64,000 nt of DNA from Armatimonadota bacterium (GTDB lineage: Bacteria; Armatimonadota; HRBIN16), in the NCBI GenBank assembly GCA_963677485.1, contig OY781964.1, positions 4,064,001 to 4,128,000 of the forward strand. Direction: 5' to 3'. Under the pieces are notes generated by a model that worked only from the letters and a program-made list of their open reading frames with translations, was not told the origin of the DNA and made no database searches. This document shows positions 1-10,117 of the stretch, piece by piece (within the stretch, counting starts at the first letter, position 1; each line of letters begins with the position of its first letter). Position numbers and translations under genes: made by a program.

Positions 1-2
1 CC

Positions 3-833
3 AATGTGGCGAATAACCTCAACGCCTGGGGAGCTTCCACTACCCTCATCGGTGTGGTGGGTGATGATCTGCCCGGTCAGCAGTTGTGCAGCCAGCTAAG
101 CGAAACCGGCATTGATGTTAGCCGCATGGTGATAGACGGCTCACGACCCACGACCGTGAAGACGAGGCTCGTCGCCGGAAATCAGCAGATCGTGCGCGTC
201 GACACCGAGTGCAACGACGATGTCTCAGGCGAGGTCGAATCTCGCTTGATTGAAGCCGCGATGGGTGCACTCTTCGGTGTGGATGCGGTGCTGATTTCAG
301 ACTACCAGAAGGGTGTGCTCACGCCGCGTGTGGTCGGTGATGTGATCAAGACGGCGCTACAGGCTGGCATACCGGTGATCTGCAACCCGAAACCGCCGTT
401 GATGCCTTATCTGCAGCAGGCAACGCTTCTGAGCGTCAACATCCACGAAGCACGCGCCTATGCGAAAGTGGCTCACTGCCATCTACCGTTGGAAACTCCT
501 GAGCAGTTGCTGACCGCGACCTCCCAGTGGCTCGAACCTCTGGATGTCGAATACTTGATGGTGACACTGGGCAAGCACGGCTGCCTGCTCAGCTCTCGCC
601 AAAACAGCCTGCATCAGCCTGCTTACTCGGTGGATGTGAGTGACCCTGCAGGAGCGGGTGACACCGTCATCTCCATGCTGGCTTTGTGCATGACTTGTGG
701 GGTATCAATGGATGTTGCGATGATGTTTGCCAACGCCGCCGCTGGCAGCGTGGTGCGGCATGTAGGGGTGGTCACGCCCATAAAGGATGAAGTGATGCAG
801 CTATTGTGTCACGGGGAAGAGGAATCTGCTTAG
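3..833 (+). CDS. rfaE1: PfkB-family D-glycero-beta-D-manno-heptose-7-phosphate kinase (HldE/RfaE domain I), 5'-truncated by the window edge
   Basis: (A)NVANNL, TTVKTRLVAGNQQIVRVDTE, ISDYQKG and VSDPAGAGDTV motifs match the HldE kinase domain; the frame is open to the window start. Confidence 0.8.
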   Translation, partial: NVANNLNAWGASTTLIGVVGDDLPGQQLCSQLSETGIDVSRMVIDGSRPTTVKTRLVAGNQQIVRVDTECNDDVSGEVESRLIEAAMGALFGVDAVLISDYQKGVLTPRVVGDVIKTALQAGIPVICNPKPPLMPYLQQATLLSVNIHEARAYAKVAHCHLPLETPEQLLTATSQWLEPLDVEYLMVTLGKHGCLLSSRQNSLHQPAYSVDVSDPAGAGDTVISMLALCMTCGVSMDVAMMFANAAAGSVVRHVGVVTPIKDEVMQLLCHGEEESA

Positions 834-838
834 TTATC

Positions 839-2626
839 ATGATGAATCAATACAATCGCCGGATTTTGGTTATCTGGTTATCAATATCACTTTTTATTTG
901 CGCTGCCTTGGTGAATGCAGCATCGAGAATACAGCTTCAGGACAGGGACGTGCTGGTAGCGGGCTCTGTGGTCTTCCGGGGGAGCAGCACGTCACAGGCT
1001 GAAACTGTGGCCCAGAGGATCAACAAAGCGTTAGAGTTCGGTGCTTCGGCTGGTTCTGTCAGCCTCAAAGGGAAACGGCGAAACTACGCTGTGTGGATGT
1101 CCGGGCAGCTCATCAGCAGCTACGGAGGGCGCCAGGCAAGAGGCATGGCTATGGGTTTTGCATCGAAACTTAAGCATGCAGTGGCGCAGCCCGCTGTAAG
1201 GATGCCGGTATCCGGTATGGTGGTTCCGTTGGGTTCCAGCCGCACCGTCAGTGTATCTGGGTATGGTGTGTCGGATAGCGAGATATCGGTGCTGCAGTCC
1301 GATATCTCTCCTGTGCTTGAATCGAAATTCGATCGCGCCAGTAAAAAGCTGACGATCAACGGCTTGAGTGCTGGTGATACCACAGTTGTGGTTTCAGGCC
1401 CTGAAGGCGAGGACCGGATGGCTATCAAGGTTCGTCCGTGGGCCGGGCATGTCGGCTACGGCGGGACCGTGGGTGTGATGGGCTCGGTGGTGTCTGCCTC
1501 ATTGATCAAAAGGGCCGTCACATCAGCCATCTATCGGCACTCTATTCGGCAGCCGCAAGCGGTGCTGAATGTGAAATACCTTACACCGATGAATAGAACG
1601 CTACATGAAGGTCACAAGATGACCATCACTGTCAAAGTAGGTATCACCGCTCCAGACGCTTTACCGGTAAACTACACCGCGGCCGTGCCTGTATACAATC
1701 TCAGTGTTCTGTCGGCACAGGAGACCGTTCTGCGCGTCAGCAACAATCCTGAGACGGTGAAGAAGGCGGGCCGATTGTTTGAGGGCACCGTGCTGCCTGG
1801 TAGATCGACCCGTTTGCTGTATCACCACGTGAATGAAACCGGGCGTATGGCTTGGATGCGCATTGAGCTATCCAACCCATCTGATCAGCCTCGAAGTTTG
1901 CAGTTGATCGGTGCTACGCCTGCCGCACGCATCGACCCGCTGCAGCTTGGTGCTGTGGCGGGCAAGGAGTTCTTGTCGCGCTTGTTTGGGCAGCAGGGGA
2001 TGGTGATTACCATCAAACCACGCAGCAAGATGAACCTCTTCACTCAACGGGTGCCGAACAAGCTATCGTCCAGCGGTGTGATCCAGATCACGATGGGCCG
2101 AGACATGGATGCCGCCTGTGGTCTTCGCGTGAGCCTCGATGGGCAGCCGCCAGTCGATTCCGCGACTGAGCTTCTTGCCGCCAGCCTGCCGCAGGATATC
2201 TCTGCGATAGATGGAATGATCTATGAGAAAGACTCCATATATGAAACCAGCCATAAGTCGATCAAGGCCAGTTACGAGGTAGGGAAGGCTTGGCAGTTTA
2301 TCCGCATTGGTGAACATGCCGTGGTAGATAAGCAGGGAAATAAACTGTTTGGTAACTATGGCGTGGTCTACTCGGTAGATATCGACATGTATAACCCGAG
2401 TGATGTGATAAAGAAGGTGCGTGTGGCTTTGGAGCCGAGTGGCGGTCTGGCTGATGCTGCGTTTGCCATCGGCGGGGACATGGTGCAGCTAGGGCTGCTG
2501 CAACCCAACCGCGACTACACGGTGAGGATCCTGGTGCTACAGCCGGGGCAGCGTAAACAGATCAGAATTCATACGATGCCGCTAGCTGGCAGCAACTATC
2601 CCGTGACGTTGGTGGTTGGCAGTTGA
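839..2626 (+). CDS. Secreted hypothetical protein with SNNPE...YHH...GNYGVVY motifs (DUF3370-like C-terminal half)
   Basis: Long ORF with an N-terminal signal-peptide-like stretch; ATG at 839 after GAGGA; overlaps the next gene by 4 nt; family call is tentative. Confidence 0.6.
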   Translation: MMNQYNRRILVIWLSISLFICAALVNAASRIQLQDRDVLVAGSVVFRGSSTSQAETVAQRINKALEFGASAGSVSLKGKRRNYAVWMSGQLISSYGGRQARGMAMGFASKLKHAVAQPAVRMPVSGMVVPLGSSRTVSVSGYGVSDSEISVLQSDISPVLESKFDRASKKLTINGLSAGDTTVVVSGPEGEDRMAIKVRPWAGHVGYGGTVGVMGSVVSASLIKRAVTSAIYRHSIRQPQAVLNVKYLTPMNRTLHEGHKMTITVKVGITAPDALPVNYTAAVPVYNLSVLSAQETVLRVSNNPETVKKAGRLFEGTVLPGRSTRLLYHHVNETGRMAWMRIELSNPSDQPRSLQLIGATPAARIDPLQLGAVAGKEFLSRLFGQQGMVITIKPRSKMNLFTQRVPNKLSSSGVIQITMGRDMDAACGLRVSLDGQPPVDSATELLAASLPQDISAIDGMIYEKDSIYETSHKSIKASYEVGKAWQFIRIGEHAVVDKQGNKLFGNYGVVYSVDIDMYNPSDVIKKVRVALEPSGGLADAAFAIGGDMVQLGLLQPNRDYTVRILVLQPGQRKQIRIHTMPLAGSNYPVTLVVGS

Positions 2627-4284
2627 ACCGAATCTTACTACCAGCATTGATCATGTGGCTTTGTGCATCGTGTGTTACGGCACAACAGACACCTACCGTG
2701 ACGCAGGAGATGTCTTCACGACTTAATCTGAAGGCACATGTGCTGTGGGTAGACCCATCATGGAACTTGAAGTCGGTGAATACGCTGGAGGGTGTGCGTG
2801 CCCTAATCGACAGGGTGGCACAAGCGAAGTTCCACACCATCATCCTTGATGTGAAGCCGATCACTGGCGAGGTGATATTCAAAAGCAAGGTAGCAGCACC
2901 GTTTCCTGACTGGAAGGGTGTGAACCTGTCACCCGACTTTGATGTGCTGAAGGCGATGACTGAAGCCGCTCATGCCAAGGGACTGGAACTGTATGCCAGC
3001 TTTAACACCTTCACTGAAGGGCACCGGCAGGTCGAACGCGGCAAGGCGTATGAGAAGAAGCGGTGGCAGGTGCAGTATCTTGTGCCGTTGTATCGCATCA
3101 CTTTGCCCAATGGCGAGGTGGTGCCCCTGGCCGAAACCGATGAGGAGGTACTTGACAAGCCGTCTGGCTGGTTTGTGACAAAAGGAAAAGCCACTGCAGC
3201 CAAAGACAGTGGAGTGCGATTCTTCATTTTTGGCCCAGACAGTGTTCTGATCGGCCCTGTAGATGCTGCAGGCCAACCGGATGGCGGATTCCCATATCCT
3301 GCAGGCGGGTATGCACTGGGATGCCGAGGTTCGTTGCGCGAATATCTAGACACCGCATTGAAACCGGGAGACCGGATTAGTGTGAGCTCTGAGTGGTCTT
3401 TGGTGACCTCTGAGGCGGCTCCGGTGAAGGAAGCGGGGCTGTTTGTGAATCCGGCACTACCGGAAGTGCGTAACTACCAGTTGAACCTCATCCGTGAGGT
3501 GGTGCAGAACTACGATGTGGACGGCATCGTGCTGGACCGTATGCGGTATCCGGCTCCTGAAGCGGACTTCTCAGAGGCGAGCCGCTACCTTTTCGAGCAA
3601 CAGACGGGTGCCAACACCAAAGACTGGCCTGAATGTGTGCTGAAACCGCCGTCTATACCCAATGGCGAAGCCGAGTATGGCCCATTATGGGGCAAGTGGC
3701 AACAGTGGCGGGCCAAACAGATCCACGACTTTGTGCTCGACATTCGCGATCATGTGATTCCTGTAAAACCCAAGATCAAACTGGCGGCGTATGTGGGTAG
3801 TTGGTATGGCAATTATGCTGGAGTGGGTGTGGAGTGGGGCAACGATCTGACCCATACACCGTATTCCTGGGCCGATGACGATTACCGGATCAACGGCTTT
3901 GCAGGCATGATGGATTGGTTGACCACCGGCTGTTACTACAAATGGCCTACCATGGCAGAGGCCCGCGAGAACGGAGCTCCCGCTGGGGCCAGCGTCGAGG
4001 CCGCGGCTCAGTTGTCGGTCACCGGCGCCAAAGATGCGTGCTGGGTCTATCCGGGCATCTATGTGCTGGACTTCAAGGGTGACCCCAACCGGTTCAAGAA
4101 CGCCATCGCACAGGCATTGAAGAACGGGCAGGGGATCATGATATTCGATAGCTATTATTTGGATGAATACAACTGGTGGGGACTGCTTTCCGAAACACTT
4201 AACGAGAACGAACACTCACCGCACCTTCATCCTGAGTTGCTGGAGCAGGCACGCGATATTAGGGACCGGATCAACCCACGGTAG
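2623..4284 (+). CDS. Glycosyl hydrolase-like family 10 (GHL10/DUF187) secreted protein
   Basis: Signal peptide; FVNPALPEVRNYQLNLIREVVQNYDVDGIVLDRMRYP and WQQWR motifs typical of GHL10. Confidence 0.8.
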   Translation: MNRILLPALIMWLCASCVTAQQTPTVTQEMSSRLNLKAHVLWVDPSWNLKSVNTLEGVRALIDRVAQAKFHTIILDVKPITGEVIFKSKVAAPFPDWKGVNLSPDFDVLKAMTEAAHAKGLELYASFNTFTEGHRQVERGKAYEKKRWQVQYLVPLYRITLPNGEVVPLAETDEEVLDKPSGWFVTKGKATAAKDSGVRFFIFGPDSVLIGPVDAAGQPDGGFPYPAGGYALGCRGSLREYLDTALKPGDRISVSSEWSLVTSEAAPVKEAGLFVNPALPEVRNYQLNLIREVVQNYDVDGIVLDRMRYPAPEADFSEASRYLFEQQTGANTKDWPECVLKPPSIPNGEAEYGPLWGKWQQWRAKQIHDFVLDIRDHVIPVKPKIKLAAYVGSWYGNYAGVGVEWGNDLTHTPYSWADDDYRINGFAGMMDWLTTGCYYKWPTMAEARENGAPAGASVEAAAQLSVTGAKDACWVYPGIYVLDFKGDPNRFKNAIAQALKNGQGIMIFDSYYLDEYNWWGLLSETLNENEHSPHLHPELLEQARDIRDRINPR

Positions 4285-4326
4285 TATAGGAATATTACAG
4301 CTTCGAACTCGAAGGAGACCTGACTC

Positions 4327-6384
4327 ATGAAGCGCATTCTTGCCTGTCTGTCATGCCTGGTGTTTACTGCGATGGCCTTCGCTAACCCGAATGGTGAATA
4401 TCCCAAGATCGGCAACATGTGGGGGCTGGATGCGTGGTCGTTGAAATCCGCCAGCAACCTGGACTTTAGTGTCTGGGGCCGTTATGATTTGATGGTGATC
4501 GCTGGTTGGACTGTAGATGACCTGAAGACCATCCGGCAGAACACCCGCGCCGTCAACCCCCATTCGCTGCTTCTGCACACCGAGACACTCACCAACGCCT
4601 ACGAAAGACCACCTGGCACCGATGACAACTGGTCGTTATATCGGCCGAATGGCGAGGAGCTCCGATGGTGGGCAGGGCAGATACGAATCCCAAACCTGCT
4701 GGATGACAAAGTGAGTAAAGGGCTTCGCATCATGGCCGGCAGGGTTTCTCAACCGGCGCTTCAGCAGGGACTGATCGACGGACTGTTTTTCGACAGCGTG
4801 ACGGGCAGTATCAGCTATTTCGGCGATATCGACCTCAACCGTGATGGCAAGGCTGATGACCCTGTCAAGCTGAATCGAAGCTGGTTGGCGGCTCAGAACC
4901 GGTTCTTTGATAGTTTCTCTGAGTGGAGCCCGAAACCGCTGATCATGGGAAATGACTGCGATATGGGACACGCATCCCATGTGAATGGCCGGCAGGTAGA
5001 GGGGCAGGTTATCCTTGATACCGTGGCTGACGGGATGTTGAGTGCCATCGACGCGGTGAATGGGTTCAGCCGCTGGCAGGGAGCCACCAAGAAGCCACCG
5101 ATCACATTTGTGGTGATGTGCCACCCGGACGGCAACCAGGACTGGCGCATAGGTAAAGGGCGCGAGTCTCTGACACCTGGCGTTCGTGAGCTGGTGCGTC
5201 GCGATTTCCGGCGGATGCGAGTGGGGCTGGGAGTCGCCCTGCTGAGCGGAAGCTACTACGCATATGACTTCGGCACCACCTTCTACGGGCTGCCGCTTTG
5301 GTACCCCGACTATGATGCACCGCTGGGGAAGCCGATATCCGCCAGCAAACAAGTTCCCTTATCAAAAGCCGTAGACCAAACAGTTTTGGACTGGACCTCC
5401 AGCCATAAACTGCCTGGTTGGACGAATCCCGTAGCCAAATCGGATCATGGGCTGAAGTGGAGTATCGTCAAGGCGAAACCCACGGACTGGACGCCACTGC
5501 TCAGTATCCCTGTGGCTGAACTAGGTCTGACGGCGGGGGACAGCTTCCGTGTAGATGCAGAGTTTGAGATCGCCTCTGGGCCTCAGCCCGGTCTGCAGTG
5601 GACCTGCCGAAGTGACAAAGGCGGATGGCTGCAAGACCGCGGCGTGATGAGCCCATACCAGCGCTCCGTATGGATGCGGGATTCGGGGTTATCTCCTATG
5701 TGGCGATTCACCGCGCATGGCACGCAGGATCAATTTTCGGATTACCGGTTCCTTCTGAGTATGGCTGGCCAAGGCGGTGTCACCTTGAAGCGACTAAAAA
5801 TCACTCGGGTCGCGCCGGTGTATCTGAGGCGTGAGTTTACGGGTGGTGTGGTAGTGGTGAACCCACAGCCTAGACCGATCACGGTCGACCTGGGCGGCAA
5901 CTACCGAGAGCTTGCCATCGCAGAAGCACCCTCTGTGCAGCTTATTGAAGACGATGACAAAGCCGTCTACAAAGGCGAGTGGAAGGAGCTGGTGACACCC
6001 ATCCAGTATTATGCCCGTGGGTATCGGCAGAGCAGCAGCGCAGGGGAGAAGGCATCCTGGAGCTTTGTGGCACCCGAGACAGGACGATATGTTCTTTCAG
6101 CCAGCATTCCAGGCGGTGAGGGCTGCTCACCGGATGCCGTGTATACCTGCGGCGCTCAGAACATCACTATCGACCAGCGAAAGGGCGACGGCGGCTGGCA
6201 GAAGCTGTTTGAAGTGCAGGCCACCAAAGGCCAGCGGATCAGGCTGGAGTTGACCACGGGTCTGACGGGCAGCACCATCGCCGACGCCGTGCAGATGGAG
6301 AGCACCACTCCGCTGCAGCAAGGTCGACTGCTGCGGAAGCTCACCATCGGCGCCACCGACGCGCGGATATTACTGAGGCCGTGA
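4327..6384 (+). CDS. Putative secreted glycoside hydrolase (GHL15-like) with inserted CBM-like and golvesin/Xly-CBD-like domains
   Basis: GGAG RBS; signal peptide; DGLFFD, WYPDYDAPLGKP and RREFTGGVVVVNP motifs; IDQR..GGWQKL...ADAV golvesin-like motif. Confidence 0.6.
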   Translation: MKRILACLSCLVFTAMAFANPNGEYPKIGNMWGLDAWSLKSASNLDFSVWGRYDLMVIAGWTVDDLKTIRQNTRAVNPHSLLLHTETLTNAYERPPGTDDNWSLYRPNGEELRWWAGQIRIPNLLDDKVSKGLRIMAGRVSQPALQQGLIDGLFFDSVTGSISYFGDIDLNRDGKADDPVKLNRSWLAAQNRFFDSFSEWSPKPLIMGNDCDMGHASHVNGRQVEGQVILDTVADGMLSAIDAVNGFSRWQGATKKPPITFVVMCHPDGNQDWRIGKGRESLTPGVRELVRRDFRRMRVGLGVALLSGSYYAYDFGTTFYGLPLWYPDYDAPLGKPISASKQVPLSKAVDQTVLDWTSSHKLPGWTNPVAKSDHGLKWSIVKAKPTDWTPLLSIPVAELGLTAGDSFRVDAEFEIASGPQPGLQWTCRSDKGGWLQDRGVMSPYQRSVWMRDSGLSPMWRFTAHGTQDQFSDYRFLLSMAGQGGVTLKRLKITRVAPVYLRREFTGGVVVVNPQPRPITVDLGGNYRELAIAEAPSVQLIEDDDKAVYKGEWKELVTPIQYYARGYRQSSSAGEKASWSFVAPETGRYVLSASIPGGEGCSPDAVYTCGAQNITIDQRKGDGGWQKLFEVQATKGQRIRLELTTGLTGSTIADAVQMESTTPLQQGRLLRKLTIGATDARILLRP

Positions 6385-6541
6385 GCTCGGTTCATGGTGG
6401 TCTGTGATCATACGTTATATCGACTCTTGTCGGTGCCCGAAACATCCCTGCAGTTTGGGTATTGATAATCGATCATCTATGTGATTCTATGGTAATGACC
6501 ATCCGTCAGAGCCTAACAATATAGAGCAACCTAACCCGAAA

Positions 6542-9500
6542 ATGATGAGGATAGAACACTTGAACACTATACGATTAATGTGCGTCATGCTGGTGATGCT
6601 GTTGCTTGCGGGAAGTTATACGCCGGTGAGTGCGGCACCGAAGTCCATCAAAAGCTGGAGCTTTGAAAAAGGTACCCAGGGCTGGGCAGCCGGGCACGAC
6701 TGCACCGTAGAAGCCGCTGATGGCATACTCAAGATCACGAACAGCAATACCGAGCCGTTCGTCTTCAGCCCGACGCTGACCATCAACGCGCCGTTTGTCG
6801 TCAGGATCAAGGCCCGATCTACCAGTTCTGGTCAGGCACGTCTCTACTGGACGGTGAAGCTGCCCTCGCTGGTGTCATCAGCATGGGGTGAAGACGCGGT
6901 GGTCTACTTCGATGTCATCCACGACGGGCAGTGGCACGACTACGCCATACCGATCGACATTGATGGAGTGATCACGCAGCTCCGGCTGGATCCGGGCAAG
7001 GGCATCGGGAAGTTTGATGTGCAGAGCATCGAGCTGGAAACCCTCAGTGTGGAGGGCTCTGACGCCAAACCGGCTGCGAAGCTTGCTCCGATGGTGAAGC
7101 TGAAAAATGGTGCCATCACGCTGCAGCTTGATACCGCGAAGCACGTGTACACGATCACCGATCAGCGCACGAAACGGGTATGGCGCACGGCGTCAGCGGG
7201 CTCCATACGCTTGGTTGGTGTGAAACCTCTGAACTCATCAAGCATGGAACTGAGCTTGATTGACCGGACACAGCTTGCCAGTTACACCTGCATGGTCAGT
7301 TTAGACAAAAACGCCGCGGTTCGGTTCAAGATCACAGCCAAGGACAACAATTCGAAGCTGAACCGGATGAACTACCCTCCACGCCTGGAAACCGACCTGA
7401 AGCACGGTGCTCTGGTGGTGACTGAGCGATGCAACGGGCAGCTGGTTGACCAAAAAGATAAGCTGTTCCCGACCAGGAGCTTTGGATGCTACCAAAACCT
7501 GGGCTTGGACATGCCATGGATCGGCGTGACCGACACCGTGACGGGTGAAGGCGTCATGTCGTTGTTCGAGACACCCGCGAACGTGTTTGTGGATCTGCGG
7601 GAGGACGCGGCGGGTCGGATGTGGCCGCAGGTGCGATGGGCACCTTCTATGGGCAGCTTTTCTTACACCCGCAGCATGAAATGGCAGTTTCTGCCCAGTG
7701 GCGGCTATGTGGCCATGGCGAAAAGCTTCAGGGTTTACGCTCAGCAGACCGGGCTGTTCAAGACGCTGGCCCAGAAAAGTGCTGAACGTCCGAAGGTCGA
7801 CTGGCTGCGCGGTGCCACACTCATCTGGGGAAGCAACAGCAGCGTGGAGTTCGCGAAGCAATTGAAGGCCACGGGTATCCTCCGAGCCATGATCTACGGC
7901 CGGCCTGCGGCGGAAGTGTTGGCTGAAATCGGAAAGATGGGTTTTCTGACCGGCGAATATGACTGTTATACGGACATCCTGGAAGGCCCAGTGGGTATGA
8001 ACAAGGATGATGTCCAGAAGAACGCATACTGGAACACAGAGGGTAAGCCGGAACCTGGATGGCGCACGATGGAAGGTTTGCAATACTATACCCGTTCCAG
8101 TTCACGTGCGATTCAAGCGGCAGAGAGCTATGTGCCGGCCATTTTAAAGACATACCCTTTCAGCGGCCGTTTCCTGGATGTCTCGGCCGCTGTGGATTTG
8201 TATGAGGATCATCATCCGCAGCACACCTTCGACCGACGGCAGGACATGGCGTATCGGCGTGACTTGTATAAATACATGGCTGATCACGGCCTGGTAGTCG
8301 GCGGTGAGCATGGGAAAGCGTGGAACGCAGATATTCTGGACTACAATGAGGGCATGGCTAGCGGCCCGTTCTGGTGGGAGATGCCGGCGGGTTATCTGCT
8401 GCCGCCGAAGTCGCGAGATGAGATCAAGCCCAACTATCTGAGATACGGAGCCGTGTATGATAAGCAGATTCCGCTCTGGGAGCTGGTGTTTCATGACTGC
8501 GTTCAGTCGGCCTGGTACTGGGGCGACTCCAGCGACTACTACTACGCGGTGGCTCCCGAGATGTGTGACCGCAAGGAGCTGGTGAATATGCTCTACGGCA
8601 CCATGCCGTTGATGTGGGCGAACAATCTTGGGTATGGCTGGGACCGCAACCGTTCGCGCTTCGTGGAGACCTACTGGAAGACCTGCCGATTAAATGCGGT
8701 GCTGTTCGGGCAGGAGCTGAAACGGCATGAGTTCCTGAGTGCCGACCGTATGATTCAACGCTCGGTCTTCGCGAACGGTTCCACGACCGTGGTGAACTTC
8801 GATTCCAAGCCGCGCGCTTACGGAAAGCTGACGTTGGCTCCCAATGGGTTCACCGTCACCGCTCCAGGCATCACGCAATCCAAGCTGATGGTTGGCAAAA
8901 ATGTTGTTACGCGGGTGGATGGTAAAAACTACCTCTGGGTGCAGACAGAGGCACTGCAGCAGGTGGGAGCTGTGAAGATACAAGGTAAGCTCGGGTTGTT
9001 CCAAGCGAAGCCCGGCCAGTGGAACATCGTGCTGGACAGCCAGCATGAGACCAGCATAGACCTCGCCAAGTGCATCCCTCTGCCGAAAGGCGGGAGTTAC
9101 CGTGTGTTCCAGCTGAAAGAGGACAGCGAACCACTTCATGAGATGCCAAATGCTGTGAAGAACGGGAAACTGCTGATCCCTGGCGGCGACGGTCTGCGGT
9201 TACTCGGCGTGCTGACCAACGCCACCGGCAGGCTGATTGTGGCTCCACAATTTGGGATGATGCTATCGACGGACCAGGTGATGGTCTCAACCGGCGGTAC
9301 CGCTGGCGTGATTCGCTACACAGTGGACGGCAGCGATCCGACAGCAGCTTCATCTATCTACAGCAAGCCACTGCCGTGCGAATGGACGAAGCTTAAAGTG
9401 GGCCTGTTTGTGAGTAGCAAACGTGTTGGGCCGGTGGTGGAAGGCAGTTACCGGCGGCTGGCGTTCCAGAGCCCGATTTGCCGCTTCGGCGAACCGGCAG

Positions 9501-9883
9501 TCAGCGGTGTGATGTCAGTTAAAGGCGCGCACAAGATTACATTGCTGGTAGATGATGCCGGAGATGGTCCGGCGAATGACCGTGCGATATGGGCGGACGC
9601 CAAGCTGTTCACCTCCGACGGTCAGATGGTCTACCTCAGTGACCTCAAGCCGATCAGGGCGACCCAGAACTCGGGTCTGCTGGGATACAACCTCACCTTC
9701 GATGGCAAGCCGCTCGGGATTGGTCAGGTTGTCTACAAGAAGGGCATCAGCACCCATGCCGATTCGGACATCCAGTATGACCTGCAGGGCATGTATGAGC
9801 GGTTTGAGGTGCAAGTGGGCTCGGATATCTTGGTGGCGCCGTTCAAGCAGGGCAGCGTGCGGTTCAAGGTAGTGCTTGACTAG
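6542..9883 (+). CDS. Large secreted GH129/GH101-like glycoside hydrolase with FN3-associated and C-terminal NPCBM domains
   Basis: Signal peptide; RFLDV..EDHHPQH, GGEHG and IPLWELVFHDC core; IRYTVDGSDPT (FN3-associated); YLSDL...GISTHADS...YERFEVQVG (NPCBM). Confidence 0.65.
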   Translation: MMRIEHLNTIRLMCVMLVMLLLAGSYTPVSAAPKSIKSWSFEKGTQGWAAGHDCTVEAADGILKITNSNTEPFVFSPTLTINAPFVVRIKARSTSSGQARLYWTVKLPSLVSSAWGEDAVVYFDVIHDGQWHDYAIPIDIDGVITQLRLDPGKGIGKFDVQSIELETLSVEGSDAKPAAKLAPMVKLKNGAITLQLDTAKHVYTITDQRTKRVWRTASAGSIRLVGVKPLNSSSMELSLIDRTQLASYTCMVSLDKNAAVRFKITAKDNNSKLNRMNYPPRLETDLKHGALVVTERCNGQLVDQKDKLFPTRSFGCYQNLGLDMPWIGVTDTVTGEGVMSLFETPANVFVDLREDAAGRMWPQVRWAPSMGSFSYTRSMKWQFLPSGGYVAMAKSFRVYAQQTGLFKTLAQKSAERPKVDWLRGATLIWGSNSSVEFAKQLKATGILRAMIYGRPAAEVLAEIGKMGFLTGEYDCYTDILEGPVGMNKDDVQKNAYWNTEGKPEPGWRTMEGLQYYTRSSSRAIQAAESYVPAILKTYPFSGRFLDVSAAVDLYEDHHPQHTFDRRQDMAYRRDLYKYMADHGLVVGGEHGKAWNADILDYNEGMASGPFWWEMPAGYLLPPKSRDEIKPNYLRYGAVYDKQIPLWELVFHDCVQSAWYWGDSSDYYYAVAPEMCDRKELVNMLYGTMPLMWANNLGYGWDRNRSRFVETYWKTCRLNAVLFGQELKRHEFLSADRMIQRSVFANGSTTVVNFDSKPRAYGKLTLAPNGFTVTAPGITQSKLMVGKNVVTRVDGKNYLWVQTEALQQVGAVKIQGKLGLFQAKPGQWNIVLDSQHETSIDLAKCIPLPKGGSYRVFQLKEDSEPLHEMPNAVKNGKLLIPGGDGLRLLGVLTNATGRLIVAPQFGMMLSTDQVMVSTGGTAGVIRYTVDGSDPTAASSIYSKPLPCEWTKLKVGLFVSSKRVGPVVEGSYRRLAFQSPICRFGEPAVSGVMSVKGAHKITLLVDDAGDGPANDRAIWADAKLFTSDGQMVYLSDLKPIRATQNSGLLGYNLTFDGKPLGIGQVVYKKGISTHADSDIQYDLQGMYERFEVQVGSDILVAPFKQGSVRFKVVLD

Positions 9884-9913
9884 CATTACCTATACCTAAC
9901 GACAATCCCCAAG

Positions 9914-9951
9914 GATAAGGGCGTATGGCTGAACGGTCATACGCCCTTATC
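9914..9951. terminator. Stem-loop downstream of the GH gene cluster
   Basis: GATAAGGGCGTATGGC / GTCATACGCCCTTATC inverted repeat 30 nt after the stop; no clear U-tract. Confidence 0.55.
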
Positions 9952-10117
9952 ATATCGGTCTGAACGGTCGAATCTGTCGGCGTGAAAAACTAGTATTTCT
10001 GCTATATTTTGGCTTCAATGCGTATAAACCGATACTTTATCGTGTTTCGATATGGCATACTTGTGGCAGATACTGCCGCAGTGTAGAAGCGGCAGTTCAT
10101 CCTTGGAGGGAATCCGC

